Positions 30,589 to 41,544 of a stretch of DNA of 64,000 nt are shown here, piece after piece. Position 1 is the first letter of the stretch, and every line of letters starts with the position of its first letter. This stretch comes from an uncultured Gemmatimonadales bacterium (GTDB lineage Bacteria > Gemmatimonadota > Gemmatimonadetes > Gemmatimonadales > GWC2-71-9), in assembly GCA_963728915.1 (NCBI GenBank), contig CAVSLV010000001.1, positions 448,001 through 512,000 on the forward strand, written 5' to 3'. The notes beneath the pieces are model-generated. The model did not search any database. It worked only from the letters and a program-made list of their open reading frames with translations, and was not told the origin of the DNA. A program made the position numbers and the translations under genes.

Positions 30589-33500
30589 AACCTGTCGAGC
30601 GATTGCTGGCTGGCGGCGTCCTGCTCGCCGCCCTGTGGGCCCCCGTTCCAGCCGCCGCGCAGAACGCCGCCACGACCGGCGCGATCCGCGGCCGGGTGAC
30701 CAGCGCGGCGGGCACTCCGCTCGGCGACGCGCTGGTGAACGGCCGCAATGCGAATACCGGCCAGGAGCGGGACACCCACACCAATGCGGCCGGGCAATAC
30801 CTGCTTCCGCTGCTTCCGCCGGGCACCTACACGGTGAGCGTCCGGGCCATCGGATTCCACGCCGATTCCCTGACCGGAGTGGCCGTCACGGTCGGCCAGA
30901 CCGCCACCGCCAACTTCGCCATGCAGCCGCAGGCCGTGGTCCTGCCCGAGGTCGAGGTCAACGCCGCCACCCGCGCCACCATCGACGTCACCAGCGCGGC
31001 TGCCGCGCAGAGCGTGGGTCGTAACGAAATCGAAACCCTCCCGTCCCTGGGGCGGGATTTTACCGATTTCATCAACCTCTCCGGGCTGGTCGCCCCGAAT
31101 CCGGAGCGGACCACGGGCGGGCAGTTCTCGATCGCGGGGCTGCGGCCGTCGCAGACCAATGTGCAGATCGACGGGGTCGACGCCAACAACGCCTTCTTCG
31201 GCGAAAACCGGGGCGGCTCCCGGATTCCCTTCGTCTTTTCCCTGGAATCGATCCGGGAATTCCAGGTGATCACCAACGGCTTCGACGTGGAGTACGGCAA
31301 CTACACCGGCGGCGTGGTCAACGTGGTCACCCGGGGTGGCACCAACCGGCTGGAAGGCGGGTTCTACGGCAACTACCGGGGCGACCGCTTGACCGCGTCG
31401 GACTTTGCGGGCAACCCGGCGGCGGATTTCAACGTGGAGCAGTTTGCCGGACGGCTCTCCGGCCCGATCAAGCGCGACAAGGCCTTCTTCTTCCTGTCGC
31501 TGGACGGCCAGCGCCGACGCGAGCCGCAGCTTCCGCTGCGCCCCGAATATTTCCTCGACAAGCTGGACGCCAGCGGCAATCCGGCCCCCGACTCCACCGG
31601 CTACAACAACTTTCAGCAGTTCCTGGGCATCCTCGAGAACACCTACGGCATCCACGATGCCGCCTCACAGTATCAGACCTTTCAGACCCTGAATGATGTG
31701 ATCACCGTGTTCGGCCGGGTGGACTGGAACCTGAACAAGCGCCATCACCTGTCGATCCGGGAGAACTTCGCCGATCACAACAACGACAACCTGTTCAACC
31801 CGAGCTTCGACTTCAATTACGGGCTGGCGCGCGCCGAGAAGCTGGGCGACCGCTCCTCCTCGCTGGTGAGCGAGCTGGAGTCGGTGGTGGGCACCCGGGG
31901 CGCCAATGTGCTGCGGGTGCAGTACTCCTACGAGGACCGCCCCCGGAACGGGCACGACCTCCGGCCCTCGCTCTCGATCACGAACATCGGCGGCGGACAG
32001 CGCGCGGGGTACGGCGGCACCTTCGTGTCGCTGGGCAACGACCTGCTGGAGCAGAAGGTCCAGCTGGTGGACAACTTCACGCGGCAGGCCGGCAACCACA
32101 CCCTGAAGCTGGGCGTCAATGGGATCTTCTCGCACCTCAAGAACACCTTCGTCGGCCCGACCGGTTCGGTGGACAATACCACGGGGGATTACACCTTTGC
32201 CTCGCTGGCGGACTTCGAGGCCGGCAAGCCGAGCGCGTACACCCGGAGCCTGACCCTGGACGGGACCGTCCCGCTCTCCAGGTTCAACGTGGCCGAGTAC
32301 GGGATCTATGCCCAGGACGCCTGGCGGGCGACCCCGAAGCTCACGGTGACGCTGGGGCTGCGCTATGACGTGGAGGCTTTCCTCAACGATCCGGCGCGGG
32401 TGATCGACGCCGAGCGTGCCTTCGGCATCAAGAGCGGCAACGCGCCGACCGATCGTAACAACGTTTCGCCACGGCTGTCGCTGGCCTACGATATCACCGG
32501 CAATGGGACCTCCGTCGCGCGGCTCGGCGCGGGCTACTTCTATGGCCGGCTCCCCTACGTGGTCGGGGGCAACGTCGCGGGGTCCGTGAATCCCGTGCTC
32601 AGCCTGACCTGCGCGGGATCCGCGGCCAAGGGCGATCCCGACGCACCTCCACCGTTGACCGGTTATTCCGGCTGGGACATCGGCGGCGCCGACGACCCGG
32701 TCGCCTGCGCCGGCGGTGAGCTCGGGACCGGGGTGCCGACCTACACCTTCTGGAAGGACCACTTCGAGTACCCCGAGAGCTTCAAGGCCAACGTCGGGTA
32801 CGACCAGTTGATCGGGCCCGCCACCAAGCTGTCCACCAACATCGTGTTCTCCCGGTCCTACAAGCTCTACACGGTGCGGAACATCAACCTCCGGCCGGCG
32901 CAGTTCACGCTCACGGGCGAGGGCGGCCGCCAGGTGTTCGTCCCAGCCGGAGTGTTCAATCCGTCGAGCGCCGCGTCGACCGCCGTCAACTCGCGGCTCA
33001 ACACCGATTTTGCCCAGATCTACGTCAACTACAACGACGGGCAGTCGCAGTCGCTCGCCGGCACCGCCGAGCTGACCCACGACTTCTCGCGGACCTCGCA
33101 GGTCCGGGTGTCCTACACCTATACCCGGGCCTATGACAACTCCTCCTACACCTGTTGCACCGCGTCGGAGGGATTCGGTAACCCGGTGGTCGGCGCCTTC
33201 GGACCCAACGACATCGGCGGTGTCGGAGACACCGAGAAAGCCTGGGGCCCCACCGGGACCGTCCGCAACCATGTCATCGTGCTGGCCGGCAACATGCGGC
33301 TTCCCCTCGGCTTCCGGGTCAGCGGGCTGTGGCGCTGGCAGTCGGGGAACCGCTGGGGCCCCGAGCAGGGCGGCGATCTCAACGGTGATGGCGTGGCCTT
33401 CAACGACCGGCCGTTCATCTTCACGCCGGAGGATCTCCCGCTCGCCGAAACCGACCCCACCAAGGCGCAGGAAGCGCGCGACCGCTATGCCGGGTATCTC

Positions 33501-33857
33501 GCGGACCACGCCTGCGTGGGCAAGTACGTGGGACAGATCATCCCCCGGAATCCCTGCACGTTGCCCTGGTTCAACCGGCTCGATCTGCAGTTTGCCAAGG
33601 CCATCCCCACTGGACGCTCGCAGCGGCTGGAGCTTCAGGTGGATCTCTTCAACGTGCTGAACGGGATCAAGCGCTCCTGGGGACGCTACATGGGCGTGTT
33701 CGGGGCCAATCGCGACCTGCTCTCGCCGTCGAGCTACGACCCGGCGACCAACCGGATCCTCTACGACGTGCCGACGACGTTCGGAGCCCTGGGGGTGGTG
33801 GGAACCAACCTGCTGTTGCAGTTTCAGGCGCAGTTCGGATTGCGTTACTCGTTCTGA
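30579..33857 (+). CDS. TonB-dependent receptor (Oar-like, N-terminal carboxypeptidase-regulatory-like domain)
   Basis: TGAIRGRVT, LPSLGRDF, SIREFQVITNGFDVEYG..TGGVVNVVTRGGTN, YAQDAW...LGLRYD, C-terminal QFGLRYSF. Confidence 0.93.
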   Translation: MSLKPVERLLAGGVLLAALWAPVPAAAQNAATTGAIRGRVTSAAGTPLGDALVNGRNANTGQERDTHTNAAGQYLLPLLPPGTYTVSVRAIGFHADSLTGVAVTVGQTATANFAMQPQAVVLPEVEVNAATRATIDVTSAAAAQSVGRNEIETLPSLGRDFTDFINLSGLVAPNPERTTGGQFSIAGLRPSQTNVQIDGVDANNAFFGENRGGSRIPFVFSLESIREFQVITNGFDVEYGNYTGGVVNVVTRGGTNRLEGGFYGNYRGDRLTASDFAGNPAADFNVEQFAGRLSGPIKRDKAFFFLSLDGQRRREPQLPLRPEYFLDKLDASGNPAPDSTGYNNFQQFLGILENTYGIHDAASQYQTFQTLNDVITVFGRVDWNLNKRHHLSIRENFADHNNDNLFNPSFDFNYGLARAEKLGDRSSSLVSELESVVGTRGANVLRVQYSYEDRPRNGHDLRPSLSITNIGGGQRAGYGGTFVSLGNDLLEQKVQLVDNFTRQAGNHTLKLGVNGIFSHLKNTFVGPTGSVDNTTGDYTFASLADFEAGKPSAYTRSLTLDGTVPLSRFNVAEYGIYAQDAWRATPKLTVTLGLRYDVEAFLNDPARVIDAERAFGIKSGNAPTDRNNVSPRLSLAYDITGNGTSVARLGAGYFYGRLPYVVGGNVAGSVNPVLSLTCAGSAAKGDPDAPPPLTGYSGWDIGGADDPVACAGGELGTGVPTYTFWKDHFEYPESFKANVGYDQLIGPATKLSTNIVFSRSYKLYTVRNINLRPAQFTLTGEGGRQVFVPAGVFNPSSAASTAVNSRLNTDFAQIYVNYNDGQSQSLAGTAELTHDFSRTSQVRVSYTYTRAYDNSSYTCCTASEGFGNPVVGAFGPNDIGGVGDTEKAWGPTGTVRNHVIVLAGNMRLPLGFRVSGLWRWQSGNRWGPEQGGDLNGDGVAFNDRPFIFTPEDLPLAETDPTKAQEARDRYAGYLADHACVGKYVGQIIPRNPCTLPWFNRLDLQFAKAIPTGRSQRLELQVDLFNVLNGIKRSWGRYMGVFGANRDLLSPSSYDPATNRILYDVPTTFGALGVVGTNLLLQFQAQFGLRYSF

Positions 33858-33904
33858 ACCGAAGCCTCCGGGGGGGGGAACGGCGAGTCTCTCTCGGCAG
33901 CCCC

Positions 33905-35401
33905 ATGACCGTGGACCCCATCAAGCATGTGGTTCTCCTGATGCTGGAGAACCACTCCTTCGATCAGATGCTGGGTGCGCTCCAGGAGATCCATCCCGAC
34001 CTCGACGGAGTCGATCCCCGGGTCCAGGACCCGACCTCCAGCGTAGAACCCCGGTTCAACCTCTCTCTCTCGGGCAAGCGATTCCTCCAGGTGCCGACTG
34101 ACCAGCTCCAGGTGGAGCGCGACCCGCGGCACGAAACTCCCAACGTCCTGGATCAGATCGCGAACGGGAACTCGGGGTTCGTCACAGACTACGAAAGGAA
34201 CGTCAAGCGGGTCACCGAGGAGGACATGGGGTACCTGATGGGGTACTACGCCCTGGGGCGGCTGCCCGCGCTGCACGAGCTGGGGCAGAACTTCACGGTG
34301 TGCGACCGCTGGTACTCGTCGCTGCCGGGCCCCACCTGGCCCAATCGGTTCTTCGCCCTCTCGGGAACCTCCTCGGGACACGTTGAGATGCCCTCGCTCG
34401 CACGGCCCGATCTCGAGGAGTTCACCGCCCAGAAGCAGGAGACCATCTTCGACCGGCTCAACGATGCCGGGCGGAGCTGGAAGCTCTACTTCTACGATTT
34501 CCCGGTGGCCCTCATGCTCACCCGGCTCCGCCAGCCCCACAATCTGGCCCACTTTCACCTGATCAAGGAGTTCTTCGAGAAGGACACTCGGGACGAGAGC
34601 CGCTTTCCCGATTTCGCGTTCATCGAGCCCAAGTACATGGGCGCCGACCAGAACGACGATCACCCTCCTCACAATGTTCTCAAGGCGGAGAAGCTGATCG
34701 CCGACGTCTACAACGCGATTCGGGCGAATCCGGCGCTCTGGATGTCCACCCTGCTGGTGGTGACGTATGACGAGCATGGGGGCTTCTATGACCATGTGTC
34801 CCCGCCGCCCGCGATTCCTCCCGATGACAAGAAGAAGGAATGGACCTTCGACCGGTACGGGGTGAGGGTGCCTGCCATCCTGATCTCACCATGGGTCGGA
34901 GCACGGGTCGAGCATACCGAGTTCGACCACACCAGCCTGCTCAGGTACCTGCAGGACAAGTGGCACCTGGGATCGCTGGGGGAGCGGACCGCGCACGCCA
35001 ACAGCATCGCGGTCGCGATCAACCAGGACAAGCCGAGAGCGGAGACGGTGGGGTTCATCCGGGTGCCCTACACATTCCTGATATCCGCGAAGCCAGAACT
35101 CGAGGAGGCAGATGTCAGTATTCACCATCAGGCGATTCAGCGGTTTGCCGAGTTCCTCGCGGTGGACCTCGGCATCGCAACCGGAACCCTGATCGACGAG
35201 CTGGCTCGGGCTGCCGGCCTGTGGGTGAGGTTCAAGACCGTTGTTGCCCGGTTCATCAGGAAGCTGGCTCGTCGCCTGGGAGGATGGTTCGAGTCCAACC
35301 GCACAAGAGGAATCGAAGCGGTAGGCCAGGTAGCCCGGAAGGCGGTAGAGAAGGGAAAGTCGGCGGAAGGCACTCCGCCGAGTGGAAGAGGAAGTGGCTG
35401 A
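33905..35401 (+). CDS. Phosphoesterase (phospholipase C/AcpA family)
   Basis: IKHVVLLMLENHSFD, GPTWPNR, NDDHP, TYDEHGGFYDHV, GVRVPAILISPW, DHTS. Confidence 0.92.
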   Translation: MTVDPIKHVVLLMLENHSFDQMLGALQEIHPDLDGVDPRVQDPTSSVEPRFNLSLSGKRFLQVPTDQLQVERDPRHETPNVLDQIANGNSGFVTDYERNVKRVTEEDMGYLMGYYALGRLPALHELGQNFTVCDRWYSSLPGPTWPNRFFALSGTSSGHVEMPSLARPDLEEFTAQKQETIFDRLNDAGRSWKLYFYDFPVALMLTRLRQPHNLAHFHLIKEFFEKDTRDESRFPDFAFIEPKYMGADQNDDHPPHNVLKAEKLIADVYNAIRANPALWMSTLLVVTYDEHGGFYDHVSPPPAIPPDDKKKEWTFDRYGVRVPAILISPWVGARVEHTEFDHTSLLRYLQDKWHLGSLGERTAHANSIAVAINQDKPRAETVGFIRVPYTFLISAKPELEEADVSIHHQAIQRFAEFLAVDLGIATGTLIDELARAAGLWVRFKTVVARFIRKLARRLGGWFESNRTRGIEAVGQVARKAVEKGKSAEGTPPSGRGSG

Positions 35402-35431
35402 ACCGATCGCCACCCGGCGGAGGGCCGGCCG

Positions 35432-36076
35432 CTATCGCCCCATACCAAACCCCAGGCCCAGCTTCAGGGCGAAATCGGTCTGGGTCAGCTCGCTCGCTGT
35501 CTGCTGACCGCCGGCATAGCTCGCCTTGTACCGGAACAGGTCGGTCCCCGCCACGATCTGTAACCCGCCGAGACGCAGCCCCACACCCGCTCCACCCACG
35601 CCGGCCACGTCGTTGGTCTTGGACTGGCTGGTGAAGGCCACTCCGCCATGGCTGATCACGCCGACGCCACCATCCACGAAGAGCCGGAGCGGGAAGCTGG
35701 GGGGAAGAAAATCGAATACCACCAGTCCGTTTCCCAGGAAGAGCTTGGCATCCTGCTTCTCCAGCGATCCCTCGCTGCCCATCCTGAATGTCGTGGGGAC
35801 GTAGGCCCCGCTCACCTCGATCCCGAGGTGGGATCCAAAACGAAGGGCGATCGCCGCCCCGAAGGACGGGCCGGCTTCCAGCTTTCCGACGTCGCCGTCC
35901 TGGGTCAGCTCAACCAGGTTCTCGGTCGGGATGTAGAAGCCGATCTGAGGGCGGAGGCTCAGGTGGGTGCCGCCGCTCCCTTTCCCTCCGGATGGTGAGA
36001 GCTGCGCCCGGGCCGGCTGGGCGAGCAGGGCGCCAAGACAGGCCACCAGGACGGTGGAAACGTGAGACGATTTCAT
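35432..36076 (-). CDS. Outer-membrane beta-barrel protein
   Basis: Signal peptide ending ARA-Q; amphipathic strands, C-terminal FALKLGLGF. Confidence 0.65.
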   Translation of the reverse strand: MKSSHVSTVLVACLGALLAQPARAQLSPSGGKGSGGTHLSLRPQIGFYIPTENLVELTQDGDVGKLEAGPSFGAAIALRFGSHLGIEVSGAYVPTTFRMGSEGSLEKQDAKLFLGNGLVVFDFLPPSFPLRLFVDGGVGVISHGGVAFTSQSKTNDVAGVGGAGVGLRLGGLQIVAGTDLFRYKASYAGGQQTASELTQTDFALKLGLGFGMGR

Positions 36077-36182
36077 GGTCGGTCCGGCTTGGGGGGAGAT
36101 CGCGAGTGAATATAGCCGTGTCAGGGGATCGGGGATCGATTGCCCTAGGCTTCCACAAGCCATTGTCGCCAAATTCCCCCTC

Positions 36183-37718
36183 ATGAAACCGCAGGGTCGA
36201 CGCGTGCTGATGATCGGGCTGGACGCCGCCGATCCCGAGCTGATTGAACGCTGGACCGCCGACGGCACGCTCCCCCATCTCGCCGCCCTGCGCCACGGCG
36301 GGCTATCCGGACGGCTTGCCACGTCGGCGCAACACCTCGCCGGCTCGCCCTGGCCCACGTTCTACACCAGCCAACCACCCTCGCGTCACGGGATCTATCA
36401 CGACTACCAGTGGCGCCCGGAGGAGATGGGATTCGCCGCGCCCACCCGCGACTGGCTTCCCGCGTCGCCCTTCTGGCGCCATCTGCCCGCCGATGTGCCG
36501 GTCGTCGCGTTCGATGTCCCTATGAACCTCGGGGTCGCGCCGTTCAATGGCACTGAGGTTTCCGGGTGGGCCGCCCATGACAAGCTGGCCCCGCCCGCCT
36601 CCTACCCTGCGAATCTGCTGCCGGTGATCGCCCGTCGGTTCGGAGAATGGCACATGGCCCCCGAGCAGTACGGCGCGGCTCCCGTAGGAGAGCTGCTCGG
36701 CCTGCGCGACACCCTGCTCGACGGGATCCGGCGCTCGACGGACCTCGCGCTGTGGCTGCTGGAGCGTCCCTGGCGACTCGCGATCCTGGCATTTGGCGCG
36801 CTGCACCGGGGCGGTCACCGGCTGTTCGACCGCTCCAGCACCACGGGCCCCGTGACCGAGGCCCAAGGCGACCGCTTCGATCGCGCGTTGCGGGACCTCT
36901 ACGTCGCCTGCGACGAGGGGCTCGGCCGCCTCGTTGCGGCTGCCCCGGATGCGATCATCGTGGCGTTCTCGACTCACGGCATGATGGCCAACACCTGCCG
37001 GGTCGACCTGCTCGACGAGATGCTGGCCCGGGTGCTCGAAGGGCGGGGTGACGCGCGCCCCCGGCGCGGTCTCTTGCGTCGGGTGGGCGAAGCACTGCCG
37101 GTCGAATGGCGGCGCGCGGCGGCGCTCCATGTCCCGGCCCGGTTGCGCAATCGGATCATGACGCTGTGGTCGGCCGGAGGGACGCGGTGGGACAGGACCC
37201 GAGCATTTACGCTGCGCGCCGACCTCCAGGGCTATATCCGGGTAAACCTCGCGGGGCGGGAGCAGCGCGGCATCGTGCCGGCGAGCACGTTGGAGGCCCT
37301 GTGCGATCGGATCGAAGAAGGCCTCGGCACGTTTCGCGACTCCTTCACCGACACCCGCCTGGTCGCGGCGGTCGACCGCATCGACCGGCTCTACGGCGAG
37401 GGCGATCGACGCGCCGTGCTGCCCGACCTGGTGGTTCGCTGGAGCGAGCGGCCCGCGGCGATGCAAGGAGCGGCAACGTCCTCCGGGTTAGGAAGCATTC
37501 CCTGGCCGACTCCGGGTCGGGTGCCGAACGGCCGCAGCGGGAACCATCGCGGGGAAGGGTTCCTGGCGGTGCGGGGGAGCGGTCTCCCGCTGGGTGCGCA
37601 GCTCGCCCCCGGCGCGGACATCCTCGATCTCGCCCCGACGGTCCTTCATCTGCTTGGCACCCGCACGGAGCTGCCCCTCACGGGCCGAGTCATCCCTGAG
37701 CTCGCCGGCGACCCGTGA
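36183..37718 (+). CDS. Alkaline-phosphatase superfamily phosphodiesterase/nucleotide pyrophosphatase
   Basis: VLMIGLDAAD, WPTFYT...HGIY, FSTHGM, RVNLAGRE..GIV, GNHRGEG, DLAPTVL. Confidence 0.85.
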   Translation: MKPQGRRVLMIGLDAADPELIERWTADGTLPHLAALRHGGLSGRLATSAQHLAGSPWPTFYTSQPPSRHGIYHDYQWRPEEMGFAAPTRDWLPASPFWRHLPADVPVVAFDVPMNLGVAPFNGTEVSGWAAHDKLAPPASYPANLLPVIARRFGEWHMAPEQYGAAPVGELLGLRDTLLDGIRRSTDLALWLLERPWRLAILAFGALHRGGHRLFDRSSTTGPVTEAQGDRFDRALRDLYVACDEGLGRLVAAAPDAIIVAFSTHGMMANTCRVDLLDEMLARVLEGRGDARPRRGLLRRVGEALPVEWRRAAALHVPARLRNRIMTLWSAGGTRWDRTRAFTLRADLQGYIRVNLAGREQRGIVPASTLEALCDRIEEGLGTFRDSFTDTRLVAAVDRIDRLYGEGDRRAVLPDLVVRWSERPAAMQGAATSSGLGSIPWPTPGRVPNGRSGNHRGEGFLAVRGSGLPLGAQLAPGADILDLAPTVLHLLGTRTELPLTGRVIPELAGDP

Positions 37719-38915
37719 CCGACCGCGAAGTCGGGGTGGGGGTGATCGGCTGCGGCGCCATCGGGCGCTGGCACGTGCGCTGTGTCCGGCGCCTCCCCGG
37801 CCTCCGCTTGGTGGCCGTGGCCGACTCCGACCCTTCGGCGCGCCAGGCCGCCCGGGAGTTCGGGGTACCGGTGCTCGACTCCGCGGCGGCGCTCCTCGCC
37901 CGACCCGACGTCGAGCTGGTCTCCATCTGCACTCCACCCGGCGCACACGCGGCGCTGGTGGAATCCAGCGCCGCCGCCGGCAAACACGTGCTGGTCGAGA
38001 AGCCGCTGGCGACGACCCTGGCCGACGCCGACCGGGCGATCGCCGCCTGCCGGCGCCACGCCGTGCAGCTCGGCGTGGTGCATCAGCAACGGGCCCAGGC
38101 CTCCATCCTCGCCCTGCATCGACTGGCGGAGGCCGGAGCCTTCGGCCGACCGCTGCTCGGCGTGGCGCATCACACCTGGTTCAAGACCGGCGCGCAGCTC
38201 GCCCGCGACGGGTGGCGAGGCGATGCCGGCGCCGGCGGCGGCCTCCTGCTCGATCAGGCGATCCACGCCATCGATCTCCTGGTGTAGCTTTCTGGGCCGG
38301 CCGGTCTGGGTGACCGGGGCGAGTGCGACCCTCGCGCACTCGGCAGGCGCGGAGGATACCGCGGTGGCGACCATCGGGTTCTCGGGTGGTGCGCTCGCGG
38401 TGCTCGCCGCAGGGGCCGCCACCAATCGCTCGCGCGACGACATCGCGCTCGAGCTGAGCGGGACCCGCGGCGGGTTTCGCCTCGAGATCCGCGACTACGA
38501 TGCCGCCGAGATCACCCGGATCGACCTCGCGTCATCGGAGGATCGACGGGCCCGCTCGCTCCCGCCCGGCGAGATCGAAGCCCTGGTGGAGGCGGCCGGC
38601 GGGCGCTGGCGCCGGGGCCCTGCGGCGATTGCCTGGCGGCTCGCGAGCGCGGTCGCCGGACCGGGTCGCGGAGTGCATCCGTTCCGCTCCCTGCGCGGCT
38701 ATCTGCGGCGCAACGCGGACCGGGTCGCCCAGCGGGAGCGGGGCGAGCCGCAGGGGCATGCGGCGGTGCTGGCGCGAATGGCCGCCGCGGTCCGCGGCGA
38801 GGCGATCCCGCTGGTCACGGGGGAAGACGCCCGCCGCTCGCTCCAGGTGCTCGAGGCCATTCGCCGGTCGGAGGCGATCGGCGGCGGTCGGGTTGAGATC
38901 GCGGACCCCCAATGA
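37715..38915 (+). CDS. Gfo/Idh/MocA oxidoreductase, +1 frameshift near 38285
   Basis: VGVIGCGAIG, GKHVLVEKPLA, GGGLLLDQAIHAIDLL; continues in the next frame as FLGRPVWV...AEDTAVATIGF. Confidence 0.85.
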
Positions 38916-40016
38916 GAGTCCTTCACCTCATCGACCATATGGGCCTGGGAGGGGAGCAGCGCATCCTGCTCGACCTCGCCGAGACTCACGCTCCGGATCT
39001 GACCCTCGCCGTCTGGAGCCTGCGGGCTCGCGATCTCCCCGGCACGGCGGAGCGGCTGGCCGCCGCGGGCGTTCCCTACCGGGTGCTCGATGTCCCCCGG
39101 CGCCCGCTCCGTACCTTCGGGCTCCGGTCGCTGCTCCGGCGCGCCCGGCCCGACCTGCTCCACCTGCATCTCGAATACAGCACGTTGCTCGGAACCCTCG
39201 CGACGCTGGCGCCGGGCTGGCGGCCCCTGATCCTTGCCACGGTCGCCAACGATCCTCACCGCCAGGCACGCCTGCATCGTTACGCCGGGCGCCTGCTGGC
39301 CGGCCGAATCGACCTGCACCTCACCTACACCGAGGGGATTCGCGATGCCGTGCTGCGGGCCTACGCCGGCAAGCCGCGCCGGGTCGAGACCGTCGTCCCG
39401 GGTATCAACCTGACCACCTTTGACGAGTCACGCCTGAGCCCGGAAGTCGTGGCGGAGTACCGGCGGGGAGCAGGGCCGGTCGTCGGCACGGTGGCGCGCC
39501 TCGCGACCCAGAAGGCGATACACGTCCTGCTCGACGCGACCCCGCTCATTCTCCGGCGGTTTCCGGAGACGCGGGTGCTCGTCCTGGGCGATGGACCGCT
39601 CCGCGCCGAGCTGGTGGCAGCGGGCCCGCCGCCTGGGGATAGCAGGGGCCGTCACCTTCGCCGGGTATCAGGAGGACGTGGCCTCCGCCTACGCGGCGAT
39701 GGACGTCTTCGTGCTCCCCTCGCGGGACGAGGGTTACGGTATCGTCTTCCTCGAAGCGATGGCGATGGGCGTGCCGGTGGTGGGCACCCGGGTGGTCGGC
39801 AGCATGGAAGCCGTCGAGGACGGGGTCACCGGCCTGCTGGTGCCCTATGGCGACGCGGCCGCACTCGCCGAGGCGGTCCTCCGGCTCTTCGCCTCCCCGG
39901 AGCTCAGCCACCGCCTTTGCGCCGTCGCGGCGGACCGGGTCCGCCGCCGCTTTTCCCGCGAGCGCTCCGTGGCCCAGACCGAGGCGCTGTATCGCGGCCT
40001 CGCCGCGAAAGGATGA
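38912..40016 (+). CDS. Glycosyltransferase family 4, +1 frameshift near 39616
   Basis: MRVLHLID..GLGGEQ, VGTVARL..QK, GDGPLRAEL; next frame FAGYQEDV...DVFVLPS..EGYGIVFLEAMAMGVPVV. Confidence 0.88.
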
Positions 40017-40020
40017 TTCC

Positions 40021-41544
40021 ATGTACCAGCGGGTCTTCATCTTGGAGCTGTCGGGTCCCACGATCGAATTCCTGCGCGAGCGGCTGGGCTCGCTCCCGAA
40101 CTTCCGCCGCTGCTTCGACGAGGGGGCGTGGGGCACGCTCCGGGGTCCTCTCCAGCCGGTCGCGCCGCAGTCGTTCGCAACGCTCCTCACGGGACGGAAC
40201 CCCGGCGCCTCCGGCCTGTTCGACTTCTTCCAGTTCGCGCCTGGTGGTTACGATCGCGTCCCTTTCAGCACCAGCCTGTTGCGCGTGCCCACGTTCTATC
40301 AGCTGCTCTCGGATCGAGGGAAGCGAGTTGGCCTGATCAACGTGCCCCTCACCCACCCGCTGCCCCAGGTCAACGGCTTCGTGGTATCGGGCGACGAGGG
40401 TATCGGCGACGACTTCGCCGTTCCCGCCGAGGTCGGACGCCGGCTGCGCGAGGACGGCTACGAGGTGCCGTTCGGCACTTCGTATTCCCCGGGGCGGGAG
40501 CGCCAGTTCACCGACCGCGCCATCGAGGTGCTGGAGATGCGGCGTCACGCGCTGCACATGCTGTTTGCCGATGGCGAGTGGGACTTCGGCATGCTCACGC
40601 TGCACATGTACGGCGAACTGCTCCACGCGTTCTGGAAGTTCTACGACCGCGCGCACCCCGAGTATCGCCCTCTCGAGACGGCGTTCGACGGTCGTGATCC
40701 CTTTCTGGAGGTGCTGGTCCGGATCGATGCGATGCTGGGTGAGATCCTCGAGCTGGCCGGCCCCCGTGCCCTGGTGCTCTTCCTCGGCGCATGGGGGCAT
40801 CGTATCGAGCATACCCGGGTCCACCTCAACGCCCTGCTCGCGCAGGAGGGCTACCTCCGCTTCCGCCGCGATCCGGCGACCATGGCCAAGCGACTCATGT
40901 TCCGACTGGGCATTACGGCATCCACCGCCGAGCGCCTGGCCCACCGTTTCAACCTCTACCGGCTGTTCCATTACAAACTGGGGCGCGGGCAACGGGCCAG
41001 GCTTACCGGCGCGACCTTCCTCTCCTTCCATGATGTTGACTGGTCCCGCACCCGCGCCGTGGCGATGGGCTATCTCGGGCAGGTCTATCTCAACGTCCAG
41101 GGGGAGCGCCCCCGAGGGACGATTCCGCGGGACCAGTACCAGGACGAGCGGGAGCGCCTCCGTCGTCGGCTCGCCGAACTGCGCCATCCCGATACCGGCG
41201 ACCCGATGGTCGAGAAGGTTCACCGGCGGGAGGACATCTATCACGGTCCCGAGCTGTCATACGCTCCCGACCTCGTGGTGGAGTGGAAGGCGGGCTACTC
41301 CGGTGACTCCGGTCTGTCGGGCAGCGGCCGGCTGGTGACGGCGAGCCCCCCGCATCATTCCAGTGACCACTGGAATGCGAGTGCCTTCCTCGCGCTCGGC
41401 CCCGGGGTAACCCCCGGCGAAATAACCGCCAGGCTGGAAGACGTGGCTCCGACGGTGCTCCACGCCCTTGGCCAAGCCGTGCCGGCCCACCTGGACGGCA
41501 AGGTGCTCACCGAGCTGTGTGGCCCGCCGGTGCAGCTTCGATGA
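40021..41544 (+). CDS. Second alkaline-phosphatase superfamily phosphodiesterase-like protein
   Basis: FATLLTGRNPG..GLFDF, INVPLTHP, VDWSRTRA, YLNVQGERPRG, APDLVV, DVAPTVL. Confidence 0.85.
   Translation: MYQRVFILELSGPTIEFLRERLGSLPNFRRCFDEGAWGTLRGPLQPVAPQSFATLLTGRNPGASGLFDFFQFAPGGYDRVPFSTSLLRVPTFYQLLSDRGKRVGLINVPLTHPLPQVNGFVVSGDEGIGDDFAVPAEVGRRLREDGYEVPFGTSYSPGRERQFTDRAIEVLEMRRHALHMLFADGEWDFGMLTLHMYGELLHAFWKFYDRAHPEYRPLETAFDGRDPFLEVLVRIDAMLGEILELAGPRALVLFLGAWGHRIEHTRVHLNALLAQEGYLRFRRDPATMAKRLMFRLGITASTAERLAHRFNLYRLFHYKLGRGQRARLTGATFLSFHDVDWSRTRAVAMGYLGQVYLNVQGERPRGTIPRDQYQDERERLRRRLAELRHPDTGDPMVEKVHRREDIYHGPELSYAPDLVVEWKAGYSGDSGLSGSGRLVTASPPHHSSDHWNASAFLALGPGVTPGEITARLEDVAPTVLHALGQAVPAHLDGKVLTELCGPPVQLR

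Noticed and set aside
33870..33878. G9 tract between the receptor and the phosphoesterase as a phase-variation switch
   Set aside because: Intergenic, not within a recognisable promoter; homopolymer length is unreliable in this assembly
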